NCBI GenBank assembly: GCA_965228735.1
Contig: OZ245838.1
Coordinates: 5,760,001 to 5,824,000, forward strand
DNA length: 64,000 nucleotides
Source: Planctomycetota bacterium
Lineage (GTDB): Bacteria > Planctomycetota > UBA1135 > UBA2386
Direction of reading: 5' to 3'
Positions 50,368-60,820 of this stretch are shown here, in pieces (the stretch's first letter is position 1; each line of letters opens with the position of its first letter). Below the pieces are notes generated by a model. The model ran no database searches. It was not told the DNA's origin and saw only the letters and a program-made list of their open reading frames with translations. The translations under genes were made by a program, and so were the position numbers.

Positions 50368-52416
50368 TCACTCGACCCGGTAGGTCCGCGGGGCGTCCGC
50401 GATCGCGCCGGTCACGACCACCGATCGCGGGCCCTGCTCGATGACCGTTTCGGTCGCGAAGTTGACCGTCACGTGCACGTCGCCCGCCGCCGTCCGGTAC
50501 GTCGCCCGTTGCACCAATCGATCCGCCGTGAGGTGACGGAAGTCGACGAGCGGCGCGGTTGCGAGCACGCGGTGCAGCGGACTCCAGAACGCGAAGCGCT
50601 TCCTGATCGCCGCCAACCGCAGCGGCCACGCCGCGCGCGAGAGATGATACATCGGCGGCGTCATCGTCAGCAGCTCGAGCAGTTCGCGGTCGCCGCGCAC
50701 GTTGCTGAGCTTGAGCGAGTCGAAGCTCCAGTGATGGGACGTCACGAGCTCGTCGCCGATCGCGGCGCGATACAGCGGGATGCGGCGCGACGGGTCGAAG
50801 TATGGAACGCGCAGGCTCGCCGGGATCGGCACCGGGTCGAACGATTGCTCCGGCGTGTCCGGCGGCCAGTGGCGGCCGAGGAAGTGCTCGCTCTCGCGAT
50901 CGCGCAGCGCGGGGTCGAGGTGGCCGATGTACGGCGTATCGACGCCGTGGCCGAACGCGATGACGTCGGCGAACAGGATCGAACCGCCCTCGCTGCCGAC
51001 GACGAGGTCGTGCTCGTCCGCGAGCCACTGTAGGCGGTCGCGGCGCTGCCGGGTGTCGTCGATGCGGGTCGCGGGGTGGTCCGGGTGGTAGTCCTCGAAC
51101 GCTTCGCCCGTCGCGTCGCAGTCGATGAACCACGCAGAGAACGGCGCCTCTTCGCACATGCCGTCGACCCTGGCGTGCACGTAGGGCCGCGCGCTCGCCG
51201 GTGCGAAGTGGAAGCCCCGGCCGCGGAAACCGCCGTGTCCCGAGCCGTCGGCGTTGAGCACGCGCCCGTTCTCGAACGCGGCTGCGTCGAACTGCGCGGT
51301 CTCCCACGTCGAGTCCGGTCCGGCGTTCGGCGAGTGCACCGAGTGATACGAGTCGTACGGGCCGAACAGGTAGCCGAGCTCTTCCGCGTGCGCGATGACG
51401 TCGGGTCGCACTTCGTCCTGGTGGAGATCGCTGGTCAGCAGCAGCGCGCGATCGATGCCTGCATCGTGCAGCGCGGTGAGCATCGTCGCTGAGATGCCGT
51501 CGCCCCACGTCTCGGGCCTGCGCAACAGTTCGCCGAACTCGCGCAGCAGCGCCGTCTTCGTGGCCGGGTCGCGCAGCGCGCGGTCGATCGCCGGCGCGAC
51601 GATGCGGAGCAGCCACGCCTCGGGCCACTCCACGTCGGCGAGTTGCTTCACGGCGTCGCGTTCGTCGTCCGAGAACGTCGACCGCAGCTTGCCAAGCGGT
51701 GAGTCTTCGCCGGCCGCGCGCAGCGCACCCGCGACCGCGCGCCACTTCTGGCGCGGCACGTCGTGGTGCGAGAACCGGGCGCTGCCCCACAGATAGACGT
51801 GGGGGGCGCCGAGCAGGCGCCCGATGCGCGGCTGGTTGGTGATCTTGTCCGCGAGCGACACGGGCTTCGGCACCATGCCGAGCTCCGCCGCTGGCGCCGT
51901 TGCCCGCCACGCGCGAAACACGTGCGCGATCGCGAGCGGTGCGTTGTCGGTCCACTGCGTGAGCACCACGCACGGTGCCGCGTCATGACGGCCCTCGGGC
52001 ATCCGAAACCGGATGCCGACGCGATCGCCCGTGACCAGTTCGGCGTAGTGCGGCCACGGCACGATCACCGCGAGCGTGCGATCGCCGTAGCGTGCGCCGA
52101 GCAGCGGCAGTTCGAGGAGGTTCCACGGCGACCCGTTGCGCAGCCATCGCGTCGCGGCGTCGTCGTCCGCGCGCACCTCGACGCCCGCGGCGAACGGCAC
52201 GATCCACGCATCAGCGCCATCCGGCAGCCAGCACGTCGCGAGCCCGTCGTCGCCGGGCACGACCGTGCGCCGCTGCTGCGCTTCGCCGCTGCCGCCCGTG
52301 AGCTCGACGACGGACTGGGCTGGCAGCGCCGCGAGGATCAGCAAGATCGGGGCGACGATCCGGGCGCTGATTCGGGCGCCGACTCTGGCGGTGCTTCGGG
52401 CGCGGGCGAGCGGCAT
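50368..52416 (-). CDS. putative glycoside hydrolase related to GH101/GH129, secreted
   Basis: LLGAPHVYLWG, GYLFGPYDSYHS, WFIDCDATGE, VVGSEGG, RIPLY; family assignment is from recall. Confidence 0.6.
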   Translation of the reverse strand: MPLARARSTARVGARISARIVAPILLILAALPAQSVVELTGGSGEAQQRRTVVPGDDGLATCWLPDGADAWIVPFAAGVEVRADDDAATRWLRNGSPWNLLELPLLGARYGDRTLAVIVPWPHYAELVTGDRVGIRFRMPEGRHDAAPCVVLTQWTDNAPLAIAHVFRAWRATAPAAELGMVPKPVSLADKITNQPRIGRLLGAPHVYLWGSARFSHHDVPRQKWRAVAGALRAAGEDSPLGKLRSTFSDDERDAVKQLADVEWPEAWLLRIVAPAIDRALRDPATKTALLREFGELLRRPETWGDGISATMLTALHDAGIDRALLLTSDLHQDEVRPDVIAHAEELGYLFGPYDSYHSVHSPNAGPDSTWETAQFDAAAFENGRVLNADGSGHGGFRGRGFHFAPASARPYVHARVDGMCEEAPFSAWFIDCDATGEAFEDYHPDHPATRIDDTRQRRDRLQWLADEHDLVVGSEGGSILFADVIAFGHGVDTPYIGHLDPALRDRESEHFLGRHWPPDTPEQSFDPVPIPASLRVPYFDPSRRIPLYRAAIGDELVTSHHWSFDSLKLSNVRGDRELLELLTMTPPMYHLSRAAWPLRLAAIRKRFAFWSPLHRVLATAPLVDFRHLTADRLVQRATYRTAAGDVHVTVNFATETVIEQGPRSVVVTGAIADAPRTYRVE

Positions 52417-52437
52417 GCCAGCACCGTATCGGTGCGG

Positions 52438-55314
52438 CTACCGCAGATCGATCGGTTCGCCCGGCGTGCCGCGAACCGCGAACTCGCGTGATGTCTTCCG
52501 GCCTTTCGGATCCTTGGCCACGAGCCGATACGTGCCCGGCGCGAGCGTCACGGAGCCGGTGTCCTGCACGTAGCCCCGCGCGATCCGGCGCTCGCCGGCA
52601 AAGACCTCGTAGCGGTGCCGCTGCCCGACGAGCGGTTGCGCGATGCCTGGCCGCAGTTTCGCGCGCACCGTCGTCGTCTCGCCTTCGCGCACTTCGACGT
52701 CGTAGCGCGCCGCGGCGATGCCGTCGCCGGTGAGGTGCACCTGGACCTTGCCGGCCGCAATCGGGTGCGACAGCAGCGTGTCGTGCTCGCGTTCGAAGTG
52801 CGCGGCGAACGGCCCGGTCGGCAGGTAGGCGCGGCCATCGACGTCCTTCGGGTCGCCGTCGAACTCGATCGCGATCCGGCCCGTCGCCGGCATGCGGATG
52901 TCGCCGAGGTCCCAGCGGTCGTTGGCCAGAAGTTCCCGCGGGTCGAGCCGCAGCGGCGCCAGCCCGCGCGCGCGAACCGACAGATGGAACGTGCCACTGG
53001 GCAGCGGGCCGAGTTCGAACGTGCCATCCGCAGCCGTCTTCTCGCGTTCGTAGAAGCGTGGGGTGCCGCGGCGCATCGCCGTCACGTCCGCGTCGGCGAC
53101 CGCGTCGCCGCGGTGATCGAGCACGCGGCCCGCGATCACGGCGGAGCGCGCTTCCGGCGCGGCGATCTGCAGGCGGAACGGGGTCGCGCGCGGATCGAGG
53201 TCCTTGCGCGTGAGCTCGCGATCGCCCTCGGCGCGCGCGGTCAGCGAGATGCGCTGATCCGGCGGGCAGTTGATGAGCTCGAACCTGCCCTGGTCGTCGG
53301 CCACCGTGTACGGGGACCAGCCGCGGGTGCGTCCGGACACGTAGGCGCCCGCGACCGGATTGCCCTCGTGATCGATGACCTGGCCGCTCACGACGTGACC
53401 GCGGGTGATGGGCAGGTCGCGTTCGATGGTCGTGTTCGCCACGGTTTGGACGACGTGGGTGCCGCGGCCGTGATCGTCGTGCTCGACGACGACGGCGAGC
53501 TCGCCGGCCGGCAGGCCCTCGAACTCGAACGTGCCGTCGCGCGCCGTGAGGGTCGCGAAGTGGGCCAGGTCGCGCGCGCTGCCGATCTCGATCCCGGCTC
53601 GTGCCACGGGTTGACCGTCGTCGTCGATCACGCGACCGCGCAGACCCGCAGCGGCGGTGAGAACGATCCGGGTCAGCGCCGTCCCGCTCGGCGCGACCTC
53701 GCAGTGGCCACGCCACGGCGCGAAACCGGGCGAACGAACGACGACGCGCTGGGGGCCGGCCGGCACGCCGATCGCCCAGAAGCGACCCTCGCCGTCCGTC
53801 CGGACGAGCGCGCCGAGCGGGTCCGCGCCGTCCGCGGTCGCGGTGACGGCACAGATGCGATCCTCGCCGACATGCACGAACGCGCCGGCGACTGGTTCCC
53901 CGGCAGGATCGTGGACCGTGCCCTCGACGGTGCCGCCGCCCGCCCCGAGGCGCAGCTCGATGTCGGCGTCGCTGCCCGCCGTCGAGGAGACGAACGTCAG
54001 TCGCGAGGCCTGCCAGCCGGGCGCGCGGGCGCCGATCAGCAGACGAATCGGCAGATCGTCGACCGCGAACCGCCCGTTGCTGTCGGCCGTGGCGATGACG
54101 AACGGGTCGGCGTCGGTGCGCGCGAAGGCGATCGCCTCGACGGTGGCGCGCGGAACCGGGACGCCGTTCGGGTCGACGACCTGGCCGGTCACCCGAACGC
54201 CCAGCGGCAGGGTCAGTTCGGCGGTCGCGACCTCACCGGCCTCGACGTCGGCGACCACGGCCGTGCTCACCTGCTCCGTCGTGATCAGGTACCGGCGGGC
54301 CGGCAGGCGTGGGAACCGGGCAACCCCGTTGTCGTTCGTGCTGGCGGCCGTCGTGCCGATGCGGTGGTCGGCGCCGATGCGACGAACGAGGACGCCGATA
54401 CCGGCGGCCGGGCCCTGCGTGCGTTCGAGCGTGACCGTGACCTCGAGCGAGCCGGTGGTCGGGTCCGCCACGGCGGGAGCGTTCGCGCTGGCTGGCGAGG
54501 CGGCGGCGACGGGTTCGCGAACTGCCGGCGAACGCGGATCGGTGCCGTCTCGTCCGAGCGGGGCCGAGGCGGTGCCCGTGGTGTGGCGCGCCGGCGTGAG
54601 GTCCGCATCGTTCGGCGTGCCGTCGCCCGTCTGCCACCACACGATGGCGGAGGCCACGGCGAGGGCGATTCCGAGAACGGCGGTGGTCTTCTTGGCGGTC
54701 ACGGTCAGCACTCCATGCCAGAGGTGGGGCGAGGTTGCGGCGGCGGCCGGCAGCACGGGCGCCGGCGCCATGACGTCGTGCGTGAGCACGGCGATCGGGC
54801 CGAGCCAGGCCGCGCGGCCGCCGCTCCGTTCATCGAGGAGCGCGCGCAGCCGCTGGATCGCGCTGCGCGTGCGGTTGTAGATCGTGTCGACGGGCACGCC
54901 GAGCCGCTGCGCGATCGCCCGCGGCTCGAGGCCCTCGAAGTAGCGCAGCAGCACGACGGTGCGCAGGTCGTCCGGCAGCGCGTCGACCGCGGCGACGAGA
55001 CGGCGACGCTGTTCTTCGCGTTCGGCGAGCTCGGCCGAGGACGGCGCGGTGGTCGATCGGCCGGCGGCGGCTTCGTGACGCTGCCGCCGGCCGCGGCCGC
55101 GCACCAGGTTGGCCGCCGCGTTGCGGACGAGGCGGGACAGCCAGCCGCGCGGCTCGTCGACCCCGTGGCCGCCGTGCGAGACGGCGTTGAGCCAGGTCTG
55201 CTGCTCGAGGTCGTCGGCGTCGGCGTCCGCGCGCACGAGAACGGTGGCCAGCCGCCGCACGTGCGGGGCCTCGGCGAGCAGCCGTTCGAGGGCGGACTTC
55301 GGGTCGGGGGCCAT
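52438..55314 (-). CDS. ECF sigma factor fused to a TM helix and multiple carboxypeptidase-regulatory-like repeats
   Basis: ADDLEQQTW..WL..LVRN (region 2), VVLLRYFEGL...IAQRLGVPV.TI (region 4), TM VLGIALAVASAIVWW, then several G.V.D..G.PVAGA.V...T...G.F repeats. Confidence 0.9.
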   Translation of the reverse strand: MAPDPKSALERLLAEAPHVRRLATVLVRADADADDLEQQTWLNAVSHGGHGVDEPRGWLSRLVRNAAANLVRGRGRRQRHEAAAGRSTTAPSSAELAEREEQRRRLVAAVDALPDDLRTVVLLRYFEGLEPRAIAQRLGVPVDTIYNRTRSAIQRLRALLDERSGGRAAWLGPIAVLTHDVMAPAPVLPAAAATSPHLWHGVLTVTAKKTTAVLGIALAVASAIVWWQTGDGTPNDADLTPARHTTGTASAPLGRDGTDPRSPAVREPVAAASPASANAPAVADPTTGSLEVTVTLERTQGPAAGIGVLVRRIGADHRIGTTAASTNDNGVARFPRLPARRYLITTEQVSTAVVADVEAGEVATAELTLPLGVRVTGQVVDPNGVPVPRATVEAIAFARTDADPFVIATADSNGRFAVDDLPIRLLIGARAPGWQASRLTFVSSTAGSDADIELRLGAGGGTVEGTVHDPAGEPVAGAFVHVGEDRICAVTATADGADPLGALVRTDGEGRFWAIGVPAGPQRVVVRSPGFAPWRGHCEVAPSGTALTRIVLTAAAGLRGRVIDDDGQPVARAGIEIGSARDLAHFATLTARDGTFEFEGLPAGELAVVVEHDDHGRGTHVVQTVANTTIERDLPITRGHVVSGQVIDHEGNPVAGAYVSGRTRGWSPYTVADDQGRFELINCPPDQRISLTARAEGDRELTRKDLDPRATPFRLQIAAPEARSAVIAGRVLDHRGDAVADADVTAMRRGTPRFYEREKTAADGTFELGPLPSGTFHLSVRARGLAPLRLDPRELLANDRWDLGDIRMPATGRIAIEFDGDPKDVDGRAYLPTGPFAAHFEREHDTLLSHPIAAGKVQVHLTGDGIAAARYDVEVREGETTTVRAKLRPGIAQPLVGQRHRYEVFAGERRIARGYVQDTGSVTLAPGTYRLVAKDPKGRKTSREFAVRGTPGEPIDLR

Positions 55315-55533
55315 GTAGAGGTCAGGACACCGATCGGGCGATGGCCTGTACGGGTTCGGGTCGATTCTCGCGATTTCGCGGCCCCGGGGCGTTGCCGTGC
55401 TCCCGACGCCGGCATTCTGCTCCCCGGATCCGCCTGCGGAGCCATCCGCCGGATTCCGGTCGCCGGATTCCGATCGCCAGGGGCCGCGCTCCGCTGGCGA
55501 AAGCCCTGGCCCGTCGCTACAGTCTTCGCCCCG

Positions 55534-55986
55534 ATGTTCGAGGACTTCAGCGAGAAGACCGTTCAGGCCGTCAAACGCGCCGAGGAGCTGGCCAAGCAGC
55601 TCGAGGACGAGTCCGTGGCGACGGGCCACCTGATCTACGGCCTGACCGCGGACCGCAGCGTGTGCCTGCACTTCATCTTCCAGGACCTCAACGTCGACCC
55701 CGACATGTTCTCGGGCTACGTGCAGGCGCTGCCGCGCGAGCCCGAGGCGCCGAACGGGCCCTACAACCGCCACCTGCACACCGTGTTCGAGCGGTCGCGC
55801 GACGCGGCGAAGGATCTCGGCAGCAAGACCGTCGAGCCCGAGCACATGGCACTCGCGCTGCTGTCGGTCAAGGCGGGCTCGTGCTACGAGACGCTCAAGG
55901 AGTTCTCGATCGACCCGGAGTACGTGCAGGGGCTGATCCTGCAGGCGATGGGGCTCGACCCCGAGCAGATCCCCGAGTGGTTTTGA
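55534..55986 (+). CDS. stand-alone Clp N-terminal (ClpC/ClpB repeat) domain protein
   Basis: MFEDFSE....AV..A.E.A..L....V.TGHL and a second repeat A..LGS..VEPEHM.LALL; no AAA+ module. Confidence 0.85.
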   Translation: MFEDFSEKTVQAVKRAEELAKQLEDESVATGHLIYGLTADRSVCLHFIFQDLNVDPDMFSGYVQALPREPEAPNGPYNRHLHTVFERSRDAAKDLGSKTVEPEHMALALLSVKAGSCYETLKEFSIDPEYVQGLILQAMGLDPEQIPEWF

Positions 55987-56039
55987 GTTAGCGGACTCGC
56001 GCCGACTGGTCGCGGGCGTGCGCTACACTTGGGGACGCG

Positions 56040-57341
56040 ATGGCCGGGCCCCGCACGATTCTGCATGCCGACATGGACGCGTTCTACGCGGCCGTCGAGC
56101 AGCGTGAGCGGCCGGAGCTGCGCGGGCGGCCCGTGATCGTTGGTGGCGCCGGGCCGCGGCAGGTCGTGAGCACGGCGAGCTACGAAGCGCGCGAGTTCGG
56201 CGTGCATTCCGCGATGCCCGGCGTGCGCGCGAAGAAGCTGTGCCCCGACGGCGTGTTCGTCACGCCGCGCATGGCGCTCTACGCGCAGGTCGCGGAGCAG
56301 GTCCATGCGGTGTTCGCGCAGTTCACGGACCTCGTCGAGCCGCTGTCGCTCGACGAGGCGTTCCTCGACGTGACGGGCAGCCGGGCGCTGTTCGGCGACG
56401 GCCGGGCGATCGCGCAGCGGATCAAGGACGACGTGTTCGCCGCGACGCAGTTGCGGGTCTCGGTCGGCGTCGCGACGTCGAAGTACGTGGCCAAGGTCGC
56501 GAGCGACTTCGACAAACCGGACGGCCTCGTCGTCGTCGCGCCCGGAACGGAGAAGGAGTTCCTCGCGCCGCTGCCGATCGGCCGGCTCTGGGGGATCGGC
56601 CGCAAGTCGGAGCCGCGGCTGCGCGAGTTCGGTCTCTCGACGATCGGTGACGTGCAGCGGCAGTCGCGCGCGGACCTCCTGGCCGCGTTCGGCGAGCACC
56701 TCGGCGATCATCTCTTCGTGCTCAGCAACGGGCTCGACGCGCGGCCGGTCGAAGCCGGGCGCGGCGCGAAGTCGATCAGCCACGAGCTCACGTTCGCCGA
56801 GGACCTGCAGACGCGCGACGAGGTTCGTTCGGTTCTGCTGCAGCTGTGCGAGATGGTCGGGCGGCGACTGCGCGGGGCGGGCGTGCGTGGCCGGGTCGTG
56901 CGGCTCAAGCTGCGGCACCCGGACTTCACGACGCTGAGTCGGCAGCGCAAGATCACGGCGACCGACGACGACATGACGATCTACCGGGTCGCCGGCGAAC
57001 TGCTCGACAAGTGTTGGAACGGGCGGCCCGGCGTCCGCCTGCTCGGCGTCGGGCTCGCGGAACTCGGGAGCACGGACGAGCCGGCGCCGCCGCGCCAGCG
57101 CGGCCTGTTCGGTGACCCCGTCGCGGACGCTGGCGCGGGCGCCGCTGGGGATGCCGCTGGGGCAAGTCCGGCGGCGTCGGGCGATGCCGCCGCGGACCCG
57201 GAGCGGCGCGCGCGCCTGCTCCAGGCAATGGACGCGATTCGCGATCGCCACGGCGACGCGGCGGTGCATCGCGGCGGGCAGCGGCGCAGCACCAACCCGT
57301 GGGGGCCGGGCGCCGACCGGGGTGGCGAGCCCGACGCGTGA
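56040..57341 (+). CDS. dinB: DNA polymerase IV (Y family)
   Basis: ILHADMDAFYAAVE, ASYEAREFGV.SAMP, SLDEAFLD, AKVASDFDKPDG, KSISHELTF, VRLLGV. Confidence 0.96.
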   Translation: MAGPRTILHADMDAFYAAVEQRERPELRGRPVIVGGAGPRQVVSTASYEAREFGVHSAMPGVRAKKLCPDGVFVTPRMALYAQVAEQVHAVFAQFTDLVEPLSLDEAFLDVTGSRALFGDGRAIAQRIKDDVFAATQLRVSVGVATSKYVAKVASDFDKPDGLVVVAPGTEKEFLAPLPIGRLWGIGRKSEPRLREFGLSTIGDVQRQSRADLLAAFGEHLGDHLFVLSNGLDARPVEAGRGAKSISHELTFAEDLQTRDEVRSVLLQLCEMVGRRLRGAGVRGRVVRLKLRHPDFTTLSRQRKITATDDDMTIYRVAGELLDKCWNGRPGVRLLGVGLAELGSTDEPAPPRQRGLFGDPVADAGAGAAGDAAGASPAASGDAAADPERRARLLQAMDAIRDRHGDAAVHRGGQRRSTNPWGPGADRGGEPDA

Positions 57342-57434
57342 CCCGGCCAGCGTGCCCCCGGCCCGGTGGCAGGAAAGACGGTCATCTTTCCACAAGTGGT
57401 GTTCTGGCGGCCGTCGACGGCTTAGAACGACGCC

Positions 57435-57710
57435 ATGCTTCGCCTCATGAAGAACTCGTTCGTGGTCGCGGCCGCCTGCCTGACCCTCGCCGCCTGCAAC
57501 TCGATGGGTGCCAAGACGGACGGCGCCATGATGACGGTCAACGACTCGTGCCCGCTCATGGCGGACCACGGCGTCGATCCCGACGTCACGGTGGACTACG
57601 AGGGCTACAAGGTCGGCTTCTGCTGCTCCAAGTGCATCGGCAAGTGGGAGGAGTGGTCCGACGAGAAGAAGATGGCCTACGTCAAGAACTCGGCCGCCGC
57701 GAAGAAGTAG
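57435..57710 (+). CDS. small lipoprotein with YHS/TRASH-like Cys motif
   Basis: LAAC lipobox; VNDSCPLM...V.....VDYEG..VGFCCSKC. Confidence 0.8.
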   Translation: MLRLMKNSFVVAAACLTLAACNSMGAKTDGAMMTVNDSCPLMADHGVDPDVTVDYEGYKVGFCCSKCIGKWEEWSDEKKMAYVKNSAAAKK

Positions 57711-57739
57711 CCCGCGCGCAGCGGCTCCCGACTGGCGCC

Positions 57740-57779
57740 GCTCCCTACAGCAGCTCCCTACAGCAGCTCCCCTAAAGCA
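57740..57779. repeat. tandem 13-bp repeat duplicating the 3' end of carA
   Basis: GCTCCCTACAGCA x2 followed by GCTCCCCTAAAGCA. Confidence 0.85.
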
Positions 57780-58926
57780 GTTCCACGAAGCGCTTGAACA
57801 GATACAGCGCGTCGTGGGGCCCCGGGGCCGCTTCGGGGTGGTACTGCACCGAGAACACGGGCAGTTCCTTGTGGCGCAGACCCTCGACGGTGCCGTCGTT
57901 GAGGTTCTTGTGCGTGATCTCGACGCTGTCCGGCAGCGAGTCGCCGTCGACGGCGTAGCTGTGGTTCTGCGACGTGATCTCGACCTTCTCGGTCGTGAGG
58001 TCGATCACGGGCTGGTTGCCGCCGTGGTGACCGAACTTCATCTTGTAGGTCTTGCCGCCGAACACGTGGCTCAGGACCTGGTGGCCGAGGCAGATGCCGA
58101 AGACCGGCAGCTTCTGCACGAGCTCCTTGGCCGCGCCGATCGCGTATTGGGTGATCTGCGGATCGCCCGGGCCGTTGCTCAGGAAGACGCCGTCGGGCTG
58201 ACGCTCGAGCACCGCCGCGGCGGGGGTGTCCGCCGGGACGACCGTGAGGTCGAGACCGCACGCGACGAGCGAGCGCAGGATGTTGCGCTTGGCGCCGAGG
58301 TCGTAGGCCACGACCTTGGGGCGCTTGCTGCCCGCCGCCGGCGTGTGCGGTGACGGTGGGGAGAACGCCGACTCGTAGCCCTTCTGCCAATCGACCGGCT
58401 TCTTCGTCGTGACGGCGAGCACGTGGTCGACGTCGGCGACGCGCGGCGCTTGACGCACGCGCTCGACGAGCACTTCGGCGCTGCTCTCCATGTCACGCGT
58501 GATGAGCACGCGCTGCTCGCCGTGGTCGCGCACCCGGCGCGTCAGCATCCGGGTGTCGACATTGTCGATGCCGGGGACGCCGTGCTGCGCGAGGTAGTCG
58601 GACAGCTCCATCCCCGAACGGAAGTTGCTCGCCCGATGGCACGCCTCGCGCACGACGAGGCCCGACAGCCACAGCCGCGACGACTCCTCGTCCTCGCCGC
58701 TGATGCCGTAGTTGCCGATGTGGGGTTGGGTCAGCAGCACCGTCTGCCCGCGGTAGGACGGATCCGTGAGGATCTCCTGGTAGCCGGACATCGAGGTGTT
58801 GAACACCAGCTCGCCGAACATGTCCTCGGCGGCGCCGAAGCCCTTGCCGACGAGCACCGTGCCGTCCTCCAAAACCAGCCGCGCGGCCGGGCGTTGCGGG
58901 CTCGCGCTGGGTTTCGGGTCGGTCAA
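57772..58926 (-). CDS. carA: carbamoyl-phosphate synthase small subunit
   Basis: [69 protein letters not shown] start overlaps the larB stop. Confidence 0.97.
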   Translation of the reverse strand: MTDPKPSASPQRPAARLVLEDGTVLVGKGFGAAEDMFGELVFNTSMSGYQEILTDPSYRGQTVLLTQPHIGNYGISGEDEESSRLWLSGLVVREACHRASNFRSGMELSDYLAQHGVPGIDNVDTRMLTRRVRDHGEQRVLITRDMESSAEVLVERVRQAPRVADVDHVLAVTTKKPVDWQKGYESAFSPPSPHTPAAGSKRPKVVAYDLGAKRNILRSLVACGLDLTVVPADTPAAAVLERQPDGVFLSNGPGDPQITQYAIGAAKELVQKLPVFGICLGHQVLSHVFGGKTYKMKFGHHGGNQPVIDLTTEKVEITSQNHSYAVDGDSLPDSVEITHKNLNDGTVEGLRHKELPVFSVQYHPEAAPGPHDALYLFKRFVELL

Positions 58927-59759
58927 GGTCGGGGTCTTTCGGCGAGCGGAGGCGCGATCTCGGCCGTCCTCCGGTTTATCTGGCTAGCGAGATATCCGGC
59001 GCCAAAGCCGTTGTCAATGTTGACCACGGCCACGCCGGCGGCGCACGCGTTGAGCATCGCGAGCAACGCTGTAAGGCCGCCGAATGACGCGCCGTAACCG
59101 ACGCTCGTGGGAACGGCGATGACCGGGAAATCGACGAGGCCGGCGAGCACGGATGGCAAGGCACCCTCCATGCCGGCGACCGCGACGGCGACGTCGGCTT
59201 CCCGAATGCGGTCGAGACGCGCCGTCAGGCGGTGCAGCCCGGCGACGCCGACGTCCGTGTGCCGCACGATGCGGTTGCCGCCGATCGCGAGCGTGACCGC
59301 GGCTTCTTCGGCCACCGGCAGGTCGGCCGTGCCCGCGGCGAGCACGGCGACGTGGCCGTGGCCGGCGGCGGTGCCTGCGTCGCTCGGGTCGAGCGGTCTC
59401 GCCGTCACCGTGATGCAGCGGGCGCGTTCGTGATAGATCGCGTGCGGCAGCGCTCCCTGCACCGCCTCGGCGTGCGCCGGCTCGGCGCGCGTCAGCAGCA
59501 CGCGGTCGGCGCGCGTCAGGATCTCGACGGCGATCGCGGCGGTGTCAGGTGGCGTCTTGCCGGCGCAGAACACGACCTCGGGGAAGCCGCAGCGCGCCGC
59601 GCGCTCGTGATCGACGGTCGCGAACCCGAGGTCCTTCGCGGCGCGCAGCGGCGTCTTGCCGACGGCGTTCGTCAGCGACGCGGTCGCGGCGTCGAGGTCG
59701 AGTTCGCCGCGCCGCACGCGTTCGAGCAGCGCGCGGATGTCGTCCGGTGGCAACGTCAT
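58923..59759 (-). CDS. larB: nickel-pincer cofactor biosynthesis protein LarB (PurE-like)
   Basis: [73 protein letters not shown]. Confidence 0.93.
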   Translation of the reverse strand: MTLPPDDIRALLERVRRGELDLDAATASLTNAVGKTPLRAAKDLGFATVDHERAARCGFPEVVFCAGKTPPDTAAIAVEILTRADRVLLTRAEPAHAEAVQGALPHAIYHERARCITVTARPLDPSDAGTAAGHGHVAVLAAGTADLPVAEEAAVTLAIGGNRIVRHTDVGVAGLHRLTARLDRIREADVAVAVAGMEGALPSVLAGLVDFPVIAVPTSVGYGASFGGLTALLAMLNACAAGVAVVNIDNGFGAGYLASQINRRTAEIAPPLAERPRP

Positions 59760-60820
59760 CGGCGCGACCTCGTGACCTTCGCCTTGCCGCCCGTCTGCGC
59801 GGTCGCGGTCGCGTCGAGGTCGAGCGGCGCGATCTGCCCGGTGCGGTAGAGGTGCGAGCCGAGGCTCGCGATCATCGCGCCGTTGTCGCTGCACAGGCTC
59901 ATGGGCGGCAGCACGAGCCGCAGTCGTGACAGCACCGCGTCGTCGGCGAGCCGTTCGCGCAGCCGCTTGTTGCGCGCGACTCCGCCGCCGATGCAGAGCG
60001 CCTGCACGGGATGGCGTTCGGCTGCCCGGCGCAGCTTGGTGATGAGCACGTCGACCGCGGCTTCCTGGTACGAACACGCGAGGTCGCGCAGCTGGTCGCC
60101 TGTCGGCATCGGCAGCGGCTCCTTGCCCTGCGGTTTGAGGGTGTAGAGCAGCGCCGTCTTGAGGCCGGAGAAGCTGAAGTCGAGCGAGTCCTTCGACAGC
60201 AGCGTGCGCGGCAGGTCGAACGCGCGCGGGTCGCCGCCCGCGGCCGTCTGCTCGATCGCCGGGCCGCCCGGGTAGGGCAGACCGAGCAGGTTGGCGCCCT
60301 TGTCGAGGGCCTCGCCGGCCGCGTCGTCGCGCGTCGTGCCGAGGCGCTCGGTGTCGCCCGGGCCGCGCACGAGCCAGATCGCGGTGTGGCCGCCCGAGGC
60401 GACGAGCGCGAGCGCCGGCAGCGGCATGTCCGGTTCGGCGAGAAAGCCGGTGTGGACGTGGGCCTGCACGTGATCGACGCCGACGAGCGGCAGGCCGAAG
60501 CGGAAGCTCAGCGCCTTCGCGGCCGCGAGACCGACGAGCAGGCAGCCGACCATGCCGGGGCGTTGCGTCACGGCGACCGCCGTCAGGTCGCCCGGCGTGA
60601 CATCGGCTTCCTGCAACGCCTGATCGACGATCGGCAGGATGCGCTCGGTATGCGATCGGCTCGCGACCTCGGGCACGACGCCGCGCCAGCGCTTGTGCAG
60701 CTCGATCTGCGAGTGCACGACGTTGCTGCGGACCACGTGGCCGTCCTCGACGACCGCGGCGGCGGTTTCGTCGCACGAGGTCTCGATGCCGAGGATCAGT
60801 TCGGGTGACGCTGCCGTCAC
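59756..60820 (-). CDS. tsaD: tRNA N6-adenosine threonylcarbamoyltransferase
   Basis: ILGIETSCDETAAAV, GVVPEVASRSH, HVQAH, SGGHT, TRDDAAGEA.DK, FSFSGLKTA, CSDNGAMIA; GTG start. Confidence 0.97.
   Translation of the reverse strand: MTAASPELILGIETSCDETAAAVVEDGHVVRSNVVHSQIELHKRWRGVVPEVASRSHTERILPIVDQALQEADVTPGDLTAVAVTQRPGMVGCLLVGLAAAKALSFRFGLPLVGVDHVQAHVHTGFLAEPDMPLPALALVASGGHTAIWLVRGPGDTERLGTTRDDAAGEALDKGANLLGLPYPGGPAIEQTAAGGDPRAFDLPRTLLSKDSLDFSFSGLKTALLYTLKPQGKEPLPMPTGDQLRDLACSYQEAAVDVLITKLRRAAERHPVQALCIGGGVARNKRLRERLADDAVLSRLRLVLPPMSLCSDNGAMIASLGSHLYRTGQIAPLDLDATATAQTGGKAKVTRSRR

Noticed and set aside
55447..55472. Short repeat CGCCGGATTCCG x2 (a similar GC-rich doublet lies near 39202-39237)
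   Set aside because: Low-complexity GC-rich duplications with no evident function.
55987..56039. LexA box upstream of dinB
   Set aside because: No palindrome matching an SOS box I recognise.
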